From Thermodesulfobacteriota bacterium (lineage in GTDB: Bacteria; Desulfobacterota_D; UBA1144), in the NCBI GenBank assembly GCA_030835345.1, contig JAURPH010000006.1, positions 703-64,702 of the forward strand: a stretch of DNA of 64,000 bases. Reading direction: 5' to 3'. The notes beneath the pieces were generated by a model, which had not been told where the DNA came from, searched no databases, and was given only the letters and a program-made list of their open reading frames with translations. Position numbers and translations under genes: made by a program. This document shows positions 21,236 through 30,692 of the stretch, one piece after another. How positions within the stretch are numbered: the stretch's first letter is position 1; each line of letters opens with the position of its first letter.

Positions 21236-23382
21236 TAAGGTTTGACGATATTGTTGAAAAATTAAATCCTTACTTGAAGTCCTCTGATATAGATGAAATA
21301 AAAAAAGCATATGCCTATTCTGCAAAAGTTCATGCTGGACAGAAACGATATTCAGGTGAACCATACATGATTCACCCAATGGAAGTTACATCTATACTTG
21401 CCGATATAAAGCTTGATAAAAATTCTATAATAACAGGGCTTCTACATGACACAATAGAAGATACTTTGGCCACAGAGGCTGATATAAAAAAATTATTTGG
21501 CAGCGAAGTCTCTGAACTTGTCAATGGTGTTACAAAGATTGGACAGTTGAGTATAAGCTCAAAATTTGAGAGGCAAGCAGAAAATTTTAGAAAGCTTATT
21601 TTGGCAACTGGAAAAGATATTAGGGTAATAATAGTTAAACTTGCAGATCGTTTACATAATGCTAGAACAATAAGCTATTTGCCGGAGGAAAAACAAACAA
21701 ATTTTGCCCGTGAAACAATGGATTTGTATGCACCATTAGCAGATAGGCTTGGGATATATTGGATTAGAACAGAGTTGGAAGATATTTGTTTTAAGCTACT
21801 GAAACCTTTTGAGTATGCAGAAATTGAGTATGCTTTTGCCAACAAAAAAAATGATTGGGAATCATATACAAATGAAATTCAAGAACAATTAAAAGAGCAA
21901 TTAGAAAAATATAATATTAAAGCCATTTTACAAAATAGATTTAAAAACTTTTACGGAATTTATAAAAAAATGTTATCAAAAGACTTAGATTTTAATAATG
22001 TTTTTGACATCAAGGCTTTCAGAGTAATTGTTGAGAATGAAGCAGATTGCTATGCTGCACTAGGTGCAGTTCATTCTACTTGGAAACCTATCCCTGGTAG
22101 ATTTAAAGATTATATTGCTCTACCAAAGAGCAATGGATATAAGTCTTTGCATACTAATGTTATAGGGCCCTTCGGTGATAAAGTAGAAGTTCAAATAAGA
22201 ACCCATGAAATGCATGAAATTGCCCAATATGGAGTTGCCGCTCACTGGAAATATAAATTATCTACAGAAGCAGAAAATAGCATTATTAACACACCAGATA
22301 GTATTAAAAAAATATTTGATATTCAAACCTTAAATGATCCAAAGGAGTTTATTGATGCGGTTAAAGATGAATTGATAACAAATTTTATATACACATTTAC
22401 TCCTAAAGGTGATTTGAAAGAATTACCAATAGGGTCTTCAATAATTGATTTTGCCTATTCAATCCATACTGATATTGGAAATAAATGCTCTGGTGGAAGA
22501 GTTAATGGTGCAATTGTTCCAATTAGTTATAAGTTGAAGAGTGGTGATATGATCGAAATAATTGCTAAAAATGATCAACACCCTAAAAGAGATTGGTTGA
22601 AACATGTAGTTACATCAAAAGCAAAAACAAAGATTCGTTCTGCTGTTAAGGATTCCTTGATAGAGGACTCCATTAAAATAGGTAGGTCTGTAATTACTAA
22701 AAAATTATTATCGTATGGTCTTAAGCTTGAAGACCCAAGTGTCATGAAAAAGCTAAAAGAATTTAATATCATGAAAAAAATTAAAGATATGGACGAACTA
22801 TTTGTGAAATTTTCATTATCTCAGATTAATATTTTAGAAATCTTAACCTTTTTTAAAATTGATATAAAAAATAAAATAAAAGTGAAAAAAGCTCCACGTG
22901 TAATCGATTCTTCCCAAGCTATTGTAGTTGGTGGCAATGATAATGTAATGGTTAGGTTTGCAAAATGTTGCTCACCAATATTTGGGGATGAAATACTTGG
23001 CTATATTACTATTGGTAGAGGAATTTCTATTCATAGGATTTCATGTAACCAAATTTTAGAAATTGATTCTTCTAGGAAGATTGATGCAAAATGGGATTCC
23101 TCTTTTGCTTCAAAATCTTCTACGAAACTTAAGATTTCCTGTTTTGATAAGCCTGGTATTCTTTCAGAAATTTCAAACAAAATCGTCAATCATGACTCAA
23201 ATATTGTTAAAATTAATGCTAAACCTATTTCATCTTTAAAATCCTCTATATATTTAGAACTCTTAGTAAGAGATGCTAAACATCTAAGTGAAATAATACT
23301 CGATTTAAACTCTATTAATGATGTAAATAATGTTGAGAGATTAAGAAGCTTAGACCTTGAACAAATTGAACTCAATTTGTAA
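21232..23382 (+). CDS. rel: Bifunctional (p)ppGpp synthetase/hydrolase (RelA/SpoT homolog)
   Basis: 716 aa. HD hydrolase motif HDTIEDT. Synthetase region RFKDYIALPKSNGYKSLHT. TGS and ACT C-terminal domains. Confidence 0.92.
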   Translation: MIRFDDIVEKLNPYLKSSDIDEIKKAYAYSAKVHAGQKRYSGEPYMIHPMEVTSILADIKLDKNSIITGLLHDTIEDTLATEADIKKLFGSEVSELVNGVTKIGQLSISSKFERQAENFRKLILATGKDIRVIIVKLADRLHNARTISYLPEEKQTNFARETMDLYAPLADRLGIYWIRTELEDICFKLLKPFEYAEIEYAFANKKNDWESYTNEIQEQLKEQLEKYNIKAILQNRFKNFYGIYKKMLSKDLDFNNVFDIKAFRVIVENEADCYAALGAVHSTWKPIPGRFKDYIALPKSNGYKSLHTNVIGPFGDKVEVQIRTHEMHEIAQYGVAAHWKYKLSTEAENSIINTPDSIKKIFDIQTLNDPKEFIDAVKDELITNFIYTFTPKGDLKELPIGSSIIDFAYSIHTDIGNKCSGGRVNGAIVPISYKLKSGDMIEIIAKNDQHPKRDWLKHVVTSKAKTKIRSAVKDSLIEDSIKIGRSVITKKLLSYGLKLEDPSVMKKLKEFNIMKKIKDMDELFVKFSLSQINILEILTFFKIDIKNKIKVKKAPRVIDSSQAIVVGGNDNVMVRFAKCCSPIFGDEILGYITIGRGISIHRISCNQILEIDSSRKIDAKWDSSFASKSSTKLKISCFDKPGILSEISNKIVNHDSNIVKINAKPISSLKSSIYLELLVRDAKHLSEIILDLNSINDVNNVERLRSLDLEQIELNL

Positions 23383-23415
23383 TTCCTATTAATCGAAATA
23401 TAATAAGGTTAAGTT

Positions 23416-24150
23416 TTGGATAATAATTTAGGAAAAAATAAATTTTTAAATACAATTAAATCAATATTAATTGCAATTTTTTTTGCACTTATTATTAGAT
23501 ATGTATTCTTCCAACCTTTTAAAATTCCCTCAAAGTCAATGTTGCCAAATTTATTAGTTGGTGATCATTTGTTGGCTAATCGAATCAGCTATGGTTTTTC
23601 AATACCTTGTTCTAATGACAAATTGATTAATGGTTTTTCAGAAATTTCTAGAGGTGATGTAGTAATTTTTAGATGGCCTGGTGATAAAGGAGTAAAAGAG
23701 TGTCCTAATGGTGGTTTTATTGGATTAACTTCAATCTATTATATAAAAAGAGTAATAGGAATTCCAGGTGATGTCGTTTTAATCCAAGATCAAGATGTCT
23801 TTATAAATGATAAAAATATTTCAAAGAAAACAAAAAGGTTTTATAAGGATGGAAATAAACTATACAAGATAAAGACAAATAGCTTTGGAGACAAATCTAT
23901 AGATGTAATTTATGAAAATGATTTAACTAATTTTTCTGATGAAGAATCTTTTGAAATTATAGTTCCTTCAGGGATGTATTTCGTTTTAGGAGATAATAGA
24001 GATAATAGTCTTGATAGTCGATTTTGGGGATTTGTGCCTTCAGAGAATATTATAGGTACTGCCTCTATTATTCACTTTTCTTTTAATGGAGAATTTAATT
24101 CATTTGGAGATATGATAAGATTTAAAAGGATATTAAAAGTTATAAATTAA
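23416..24150 (+). CDS. lepB: Signal peptidase I
   Basis: N-terminal TM helix. Catalytic Ser context PSKSMLPNL. Conserved GDNRDNSLDSRFWGFVP box. Confidence 0.9.
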   Translation: MDNNLGKNKFLNTIKSILIAIFFALIIRYVFFQPFKIPSKSMLPNLLVGDHLLANRISYGFSIPCSNDKLINGFSEISRGDVVIFRWPGDKGVKECPNGGFIGLTSIYYIKRVIGIPGDVVLIQDQDVFINDKNISKKTKRFYKDGNKLYKIKTNSFGDKSIDVIYENDLTNFSDEESFEIIVPSGMYFVLGDNRDNSLDSRFWGFVPSENIIGTASIIHFSFNGEFNSFGDMIRFKRILKVIN

Positions 24151-24152
24151 TT

Positions 24153-25010
24153 ATGTTTCATATTTTAAATGTTGATGATTTAGCTACTGATTTCTTATTA
24201 GACTTATGGAATCTCGCCTTAGTTAATAAAGGTAAAAGAAACTCCAAATTAAAAAATAAAATTATTACAAATTTATTTTATGAACCATCAACTAGAACAT
24301 CATCTTCATTTTTTAGTGCCATGAACCTATCTGGAGGTTCAGTTATTCCTATTAATAATGTTCAGTTTTCAAGTGTTTCAAAAGGGGAATCTTTGCAAGA
24401 TACCATTTTGACTATGTCAGCAATGACAGATGCAATTGTGCTGCGGCACCACGAGGAAGGGTCAGCTCTGAAAGCCTCAGAGGTTTCTGAAGTACCTATA
24501 ATTAATGGTGGTGATGGCAAGGGAGAACACCCAACTCAAACAATTTTAGATGGGTTCACAATTTTTAATAGTTTCTCTGAATCCATGAGTAATTTGAGAA
24601 TTACACTAGTAGGGGACTTAAAAAACGGGAGAACCGTAAAAGGATTAGTTAAGCTCTTGAGTAGATTCAACAATAATCATTTTAATTTTGTAAGCCCAGA
24701 GCACTTAAAGTTTTCAGATAAATTACCAAATTCATCTTATGAAACCTCAGATATAAATTCTGTAATAAAAGAAACAGATGTTTTGTATGTTACAAGAGTC
24801 CAAAAAGAACGAGGCAGTGTTTATAACTATGAATTGAAAGAAGAGCAGCTTTTATCCTTACCTCGAAAATCAATTGTTATGCATCCTTTTCCAAGAACTA
24901 CAGAAATCCCTAATTCTTTTGACAGTGATTCAAGAGCTAAGTATTTTGATCAAATAAAGTATGGTGTGTGGTGCAGACAAATTTTACTTGAGAAGGTATT
25001 GCTGACATGA
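24153..25010 (+). CDS. pyrB: Aspartate carbamoyltransferase catalytic subunit
   Basis: STRTSSSF carbamoyl-phosphate-binding motif. HPTQ and HPFP motifs. 285 aa. Confidence 0.88.
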   Translation: MFHILNVDDLATDFLLDLWNLALVNKGKRNSKLKNKIITNLFYEPSTRTSSSFFSAMNLSGGSVIPINNVQFSSVSKGESLQDTILTMSAMTDAIVLRHHEEGSALKASEVSEVPIINGGDGKGEHPTQTILDGFTIFNSFSESMSNLRITLVGDLKNGRTVKGLVKLLSRFNNNHFNFVSPEHLKFSDKLPNSSYETSDINSVIKETDVLYVTRVQKERGSVYNYELKEEQLLSLPRKSIVMHPFPRTTEIPNSFDSDSRAKYFDQIKYGVWCRQILLEKVLLT

Positions 25011-26293
25011 ATTTTTATCTTATTAATGGTCTAGTAGTTGATCCATCACAAAATATTTTAAAAAAAATTAATTTAGAAGTTCGAAATGGTAAGATTTTTA
25101 GAATTTTTCAAGGAAAACCAGATATAAAATCAGTAACAGAAAAAATTTATGATGTTAATAATTATATTGTATCTCCTGGGTTTGTAGATATTCATGTTCA
25201 TTTAAGAGACCCTGGACTTACTCATAAAGAATCAATTAAGACTGGCTCAATGGCTGCAGCAGCTGGTGGTTTTACATCAATAGCATGCATGCCAAATACT
25301 TCTCCGCCAAATGATAATCCAAAAATAACAAAATATATTCTTGATAAAGCTAAGAGAGATTCAAAAATTAATATTTTCCCAATAGGAGCAATTACAAAAA
25401 AACAAAAAGATAAAGAGTTGGCTAAAATTATAGATAATATAAATGCAGGATGTGTGGGTATTTCTGATGATGGGTTTCCTGTATCTAATAGCAAGCTACT
25501 TTATGAGGCCATGTTGATTGCGAAGAGCAAGAAAGTACCGGTTATTTCTCACTGTGAAAATTGTTTTCTATCAGGTAATGGAATTATGACAGAAGGTCAG
25601 TATTCAAAGAAGTTCAAGGTGCCTGGAATCAGTAACTTGTCTGAAGAGTTAGGGATTATTCATGATTTAACAATTGCTGAAAAGACAGGTTGTCATCTCC
25701 ATATTTGTCATGTCTCAACTAAAGGTTCAGTTGAATTGATTCGTCAAGCAAAGAGGAAAGGAATAAATGTTACATGTGAAGTTGCTCCTCATCATTTCAC
25801 TTTGTGTGACAGAGATGTAGATATAAAAAATTCAAACTTTAAGATGAACCCTCCACTAAGATCCAAAAAAGATCTTGATTCAATTATTAATGGTATATCG
25901 GATGGAACAATTGACATAATAGCAACTGATCATGCTCCTCATACAGATGATGAGAAATCTGTTGGCTTTAAAAAGGCACCTTTTGGAATTATTGGCCTTG
26001 AAACAGCTTTACCACTTTCATTGAATTTGGTTAGAAAGAATAAGATTGACCTAGTGTCACTAGTTAATATGTTATCAACAAAACCTTCGAAAATAATAAA
26101 TGTCAAAAAAGGGACTCTTAAAAAGGGATCGCTTGCAGATATTACCGTATTTGATCCAAACATGTATTTTACAATTAAAAAGGATACTATAATTTCAAAG
26201 AGTTCTAATTCCCCATTTCTTAACAAAAGATTTAAAGGTAAAGTTTTATATACATTTGCCGCTGGTAATAAAATCTACAGCTTGGATAAATAA
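25007..26293 (+). CDS. pyrC: Dihydroorotase (multifunctional-complex type)
   Basis: DIHVHLRDPG metal-binding motif. DHAPH. 428 aa. Overlaps pyrB by 4 nt (ATGA). Confidence 0.9.
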   Translation: MNFYLINGLVVDPSQNILKKINLEVRNGKIFRIFQGKPDIKSVTEKIYDVNNYIVSPGFVDIHVHLRDPGLTHKESIKTGSMAAAAGGFTSIACMPNTSPPNDNPKITKYILDKAKRDSKINIFPIGAITKKQKDKELAKIIDNINAGCVGISDDGFPVSNSKLLYEAMLIAKSKKVPVISHCENCFLSGNGIMTEGQYSKKFKVPGISNLSEELGIIHDLTIAEKTGCHLHICHVSTKGSVELIRQAKRKGINVTCEVAPHHFTLCDRDVDIKNSNFKMNPPLRSKKDLDSIINGISDGTIDIIATDHAPHTDDEKSVGFKKAPFGIIGLETALPLSLNLVRKNKIDLVSLVNMLSTKPSKIINVKKGTLKKGSLADITVFDPNMYFTIKKDTIISKSSNSPFLNKRFKGKVLYTFAAGNKIYSLDK

Positions 26294-26298
26294 AAGTT

Positions 26299-27453
26299 TT
26301 GAAAATCTCAAAAAATCTTTTTCTAATAACACTATCTGCATTTTTTTTCTTTTATGCCTATCATTCGTATTTAATTTTGCCCTTAAAAATAATAAGTATG
26401 GGAGGCGGGGAACATGATGTTGGCCTGATAATGTCAGTTGCAGGCGCAAGTACAATTTTTTTTACACCTATTTCAGGCATGTTAGGAGATTCATATCAAA
26501 AGAAGAAGCTATTACTTATAGGAGCTTTGGGCCTTTGTATAACTAATTTTGTTTTTATATATTCTGACTCATTATATTTTTCATATGTTTTATTAAGATT
26601 CTTCCAAGGATGTTCCTTTTCATTTTTCTTCGTCAGTGCAGGAACTTTTGTTTCTCAGAATATAGACATTAAGAACCAGGCACAAGCCCTAGGCTTTTTC
26701 GGTGTCTTTGCAATTGCAAATCATGCATTAGCACCAACTATATCTACCTATATTATTGATAATTTTGGTGATGAGTATTTCTTTCTAGTTTCATCCTTAG
26801 CATCTGGAATTTGCTTTACTATAATACTTTTTCTTGAAGACAATATAAAACCTTTAAGACAAGGCAAAAAAGAATCTTTTTTAGGATTTCTTGATACACT
26901 TAAAAATAAAAGTCTTTTAGTCATTTTTACTATAATGTTTCTTGTAGGAGGGGCCTTTGTAACTTGTTTAAATTTTACTGCGATATTTGTAGATAGTTTT
27001 TCAATATCTCCAGTTACAATTTTTTTTATATCTTATACTTGTACTGCATTAATAATGAGAATTTGTTTTGGATGGATTCCTGACACTTATGGAAGAGTTA
27101 ATACATGTACACCATGCTTACTTTCATTCGGCTTATCAATTGGTTTATTAGCTTTTTCCTCAAACACTATTCTTTTTGTTTTAGCTGGAGGTCTTTTTGG
27201 CTTATCACATGCCCTGGTTTATCCATCATTGTATTCTCTTGCATTATCATTAACTGATGATATCAACAAGACGAAAGCATTTTCTGTCTGCAGTCTTTCG
27301 TTCACTTTTGGTGGGATGCTTTTTTCAACAATCTATGGATACATTGCAGAAATATACTCATTTAAGGTTATGTTCCTTTCTTGTAGTATAATAGTTACAA
27401 TATGTTTTTATTTCCTAACATTAAAATTAAGAACTATTTTTTCAGAGAGTTGA
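26299..27453 (+). CDS. MFS transporter
   Basis: 12 hydrophobic helices. 384 aa. Confidence 0.7.
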   Translation: MKISKNLFLITLSAFFFFYAYHSYLILPLKIISMGGGEHDVGLIMSVAGASTIFFTPISGMLGDSYQKKKLLLIGALGLCITNFVFIYSDSLYFSYVLLRFFQGCSFSFFFVSAGTFVSQNIDIKNQAQALGFFGVFAIANHALAPTISTYIIDNFGDEYFFLVSSLASGICFTIILFLEDNIKPLRQGKKESFLGFLDTLKNKSLLVIFTIMFLVGGAFVTCLNFTAIFVDSFSISPVTIFFISYTCTALIMRICFGWIPDTYGRVNTCTPCLLSFGLSIGLLAFSSNTILFVLAGGLFGLSHALVYPSLYSLALSLTDDINKTKAFSVCSLSFTFGGMLFSTIYGYIAEIYSFKVMFLSCSIIVTICFYFLTLKLRTIFSES

Positions 27454-27454
27454 T

Positions 27455-28921
27455 ATGTCCATAGATAATGAATATATAAAAATTAGAAAAGAGAAAGTTG
27501 ATAAGCTTATTGAATTAGGGATTGATCCATTTAGAAACAATCTTTTCCCTTCAATTTCAACTAAAGAACTTAATGATAAATATTCTTCTGAGGACCCAGA
27601 ACAATTTACTAGAGATAATGTCATGCATAAAATTACTGGAAGGATTATTGCAATTCGAAGCTTTGGAAAATCTGCTTTTGTTCAGATTTCTCAAAACACC
27701 TTTTCTTTTCAGGTTTTTATATCTAAGGATAGTGTTGGAGATGAAATGATGGATTTCTTCAAAAAGTTCATTGATATTGGGGATTTTGTATATTTTGAAG
27801 GATCTTGTTTTTTCACAAAAACTAAACAACTATCACTAGAAGCTGCAAAAATTGAATTGTTAACAAAAACCTTAAGTCCACTTCCAGAGAAATGGCATGG
27901 TTTGACTAATGTCGAAACTAGATATAGACAAAGGTATTTGGACTTAATCTCAAATACTAGTGTTAAGGATGTTTTTAAAAAAAGAGCAAAAATTTTAAAA
28001 AGCATAAGGAGTTTTCTAGATAACAAACAATTTATGGAAGTTGAAACTCCCATACTTCACAAAATGGCAGGTGGCGCAGCTGCAAAACCATTTATGACAT
28101 ATCACAACACCCTAGATATGGATTTAAAATTACGAATTGCCCCAGAACTGTATTTGAAAAGACTGGTGGTTGGTGGATTGGAAAGTGTTTATGAAATTGG
28201 GAGAAATTTTAGAAACGAGGGGATTTCGACTCAGCACAATCCTGAATTCACCATGATTGAAATTTATCAAGCATATTCTGACTATGAGAAGATGATGGAT
28301 CTTATAGAGGAACTAATTCTGAATTGTATAAATGATTTAAATCTTAACTCGAAAATAATTTATCAAGATAATGATATTAATTTTGAAAAACCTTGGAAAA
28401 GAGTCCATATGATAGATTGGACTTCTAATTTTTTAGGGTTCGATGTTTTAAAAGATACCAGCAAGTTGTTTGATTTGGCTAAGAAGATGAAGATTAATGA
28501 TTTTGGTCAAACTGGAAAAATTATTGCTGAAGTATTTGAAGAAAACTATTTTAAAAATGAATATGACCCTACATTTGTCTATGGTTTTCCAATTGATATA
28601 TCTCCATTAGCAAGAAGAAATGATTTGAATAAAAATATAGCTGATCGATTTGAACTTTTTATTAATGGTAAGGAAATAGCAAATGCATTTTCAGAACTTA
28701 ATGATTCACAGGATCAGCGAGAGAGATTTCAGTTGCAACTTGATTTAAAAGAAGCAGGAGACGAAGAGGCCAATGATATGGACATTGATTATGTTGAAGC
28801 TTTATCTTATGGATTACCACCTACAGCAGGAGCTGGAATAGGGATTGATCGATTAGTCATGTTGTTAACAAATTCAGCTTCTATTAGAGATGTAATACTG
28901 TTCCCACATCTAAGAGATTAA
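27455..28921 (+). CDS. lysS: Lysyl-tRNA synthetase (class II)
   Basis: OB-fold anticodon-binding N-terminus. Class II motifs FRNEG and GLPPTAGAGIGIDRL. Confidence 0.93.
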   Translation: MSIDNEYIKIRKEKVDKLIELGIDPFRNNLFPSISTKELNDKYSSEDPEQFTRDNVMHKITGRIIAIRSFGKSAFVQISQNTFSFQVFISKDSVGDEMMDFFKKFIDIGDFVYFEGSCFFTKTKQLSLEAAKIELLTKTLSPLPEKWHGLTNVETRYRQRYLDLISNTSVKDVFKKRAKILKSIRSFLDNKQFMEVETPILHKMAGGAAAKPFMTYHNTLDMDLKLRIAPELYLKRLVVGGLESVYEIGRNFRNEGISTQHNPEFTMIEIYQAYSDYEKMMDLIEELILNCINDLNLNSKIIYQDNDINFEKPWKRVHMIDWTSNFLGFDVLKDTSKLFDLAKKMKINDFGQTGKIIAEVFEENYFKNEYDPTFVYGFPIDISPLARRNDLNKNIADRFELFINGKEIANAFSELNDSQDQRERFQLQLDLKEAGDEEANDMDIDYVEALSYGLPPTAGAGIGIDRLVMLLTNSASIRDVILFPHLRD

Positions 28922-30063
28922 TGAGTTTAGTTTATTTTTTAGTCAAAAAATATTTTCTTTCAATCTTTAAAAATAAAACCTTAAGGCTTCCAGCAATTAT
29001 ATCTTTGGTTTCAGTTTTTATATCTGTTTTTTCATTAATAATTGTAATGTTCGTAATGAAAGGTTTTGAAGTCAAAGTTCAGAATAAAATTTTAAACACT
29101 TTTCCGCATGTGCTCATTAAAGGAGATAGAAGTTTAGACTCAACTGAGTTTCCAAATGTCGAAAAAATTTTCAAAAAATATGGAACTTATGGAGCAATAG
29201 TTGTTGGCAAAAATCTAGAAATAATTGAACTAAAAGCTATAAGTAATAAAATTCAATTTGATAATAAAAATAAAAAATTACCACTAATAGCTATTTCAGA
29301 TTTATTACAAATGAAGAATAATTTAAAAGTAGGTGATAAGGTTTCCATATATGTTCCAGATTTTTCTAGCTATAGAAAAATTAAAGAAATAAGAGTTGAG
29401 ATTGGAAAAATAGTTAAAGTTCAGGGTAATTTCCCAACAATTTTCTTTGATTTTGATACATCCTTCCAGCTTTTAGGGAAACCAGAGATTTTTACTCAAA
29501 TTGAACTTAAAAATCCATATGAATCAGAAAAAACTATTTCTAAAATTTATGAAATAAATCCTGAATTAAAAAATAGGGCTATTGATTGGAAGTTGATGAA
29601 TGCAAATCTTTTTAACATAATGAAATTGGAACGATTTTCATTAGCAATTTTTTTATCTTTTTTAATTTTAATCTCAGCGACAACAATATATTCAAATACA
29701 CTTAGCATGATTTCTTTAAGAAAAAACGATATCGCGACATTAATGACTTTGGGTGCATCTAAAAAAAGTATTATAAAAATTTTCACAGTAACTAATTTTT
29801 TGGTTGCATTTACAGGATACTTTTTTGGTTTATTGTTTTCATTAATTGTTACATTCTTATTGATGAATTCAAATTTGATTGAATCCTTTTCTATTGATCT
29901 TTCTTTTTATGGTATTAAGGGATTTCCTATAGTTTTTTCTAAATCATATTTACTATCAATAACAGGATTCGTTTTTATAATTACTTTTTTAGCCTCATAT
30001 CTTCCTGCAAAATTTTATCTAACAAAAAAGGTAGAATATTTAGTTAAGGATTATGCTCAATGA
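28921..30063 (+). CDS. lolC: Lipoprotein-releasing system permease (LolC/E, FtsX-like)
   Basis: N-terminal TM helix, large periplasmic loop and 3 C-terminal TM helices (FtsX topology). Followed by the LolD ATPase. Confidence 0.75.
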   Translation: MSLVYFLVKKYFLSIFKNKTLRLPAIISLVSVFISVFSLIIVMFVMKGFEVKVQNKILNTFPHVLIKGDRSLDSTEFPNVEKIFKKYGTYGAIVVGKNLEIIELKAISNKIQFDNKNKKLPLIAISDLLQMKNNLKVGDKVSIYVPDFSSYRKIKEIRVEIGKIVKVQGNFPTIFFDFDTSFQLLGKPEIFTQIELKNPYESEKTISKIYEINPELKNRAIDWKLMNANLFNIMKLERFSLAIFLSFLILISATTIYSNTLSMISLRKNDIATLMTLGASKKSIIKIFTVTNFLVAFTGYFFGLLFSLIVTFLLMNSNLIESFSIDLSFYGIKGFPIVFSKSYLLSITGFVFIITFLASYLPAKFYLTKKVEYLVKDYAQ

Positions 30064-30692
30064 TTCGCTTTAAAAATTTAAGAAAAAAATACAAAAATAA
30101 TGCTGAGTTGATTTACAAAGATTATGAAATCAATTCTGGTGACTTTATTGCAATCACCGGTCCTTCAGGGTCAGGAAAATCAACACTATTGGATTTGATT
30201 TCAAATTTGTCATCCCCAACATCAGGGACTGTAGAAATATTAGGAAAAGAAATTTCTGTTTATGAAGAAAATGAAAAAGAACAAGCTAACTTGAGAAAGC
30301 TTATTGGGCTTATGAGTCCGAACTGTCAACTTTTATCAAATCTTACAATTAAAGAAAATATTTTACTTCCATTCATTATTAATAAATATGATATAGACAA
30401 TACCAAGCTTCACGAAATTTCTTCATCATTGGATATTGAAAATATTCTTTCCCATTTACCAGAACAACTTTCAACTGGACAAAGGCAAAGGGCTTTATTG
30501 TGTAGGTCAATAATTCTTTCACCAAAAATATTAATTGCTGATGAGCCAACGGCAAATTTGGATGAAATTAACACTAAAGCACTGGTAAAGTTTATTGAGC
30601 ATTTGAATGATAAACTTAAAACTACTATAATAGTTGCAACACATGATAAATATGTTTTTGATTCAGCAAAAAAGGTATACAATTTAAGATAA
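30060..30692 (+). CDS. lolD: Lipoprotein-releasing system ATP-binding protein
   Basis: Walker A GPSGSGKST. ABC signature LSTGQRQR. Walker B ILIADEPT. Confidence 0.85.
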   Translation: MIRFKNLRKKYKNNAELIYKDYEINSGDFIAITGPSGSGKSTLLDLISNLSSPTSGTVEILGKEISVYEENEKEQANLRKLIGLMSPNCQLLSNLTIKENILLPFIINKYDIDNTKLHEISSSLDIENILSHLPEQLSTGQRQRALLCRSIILSPKILIADEPTANLDEINTKALVKFIEHLNDKLKTTIIVATHDKYVFDSAKKVYNLR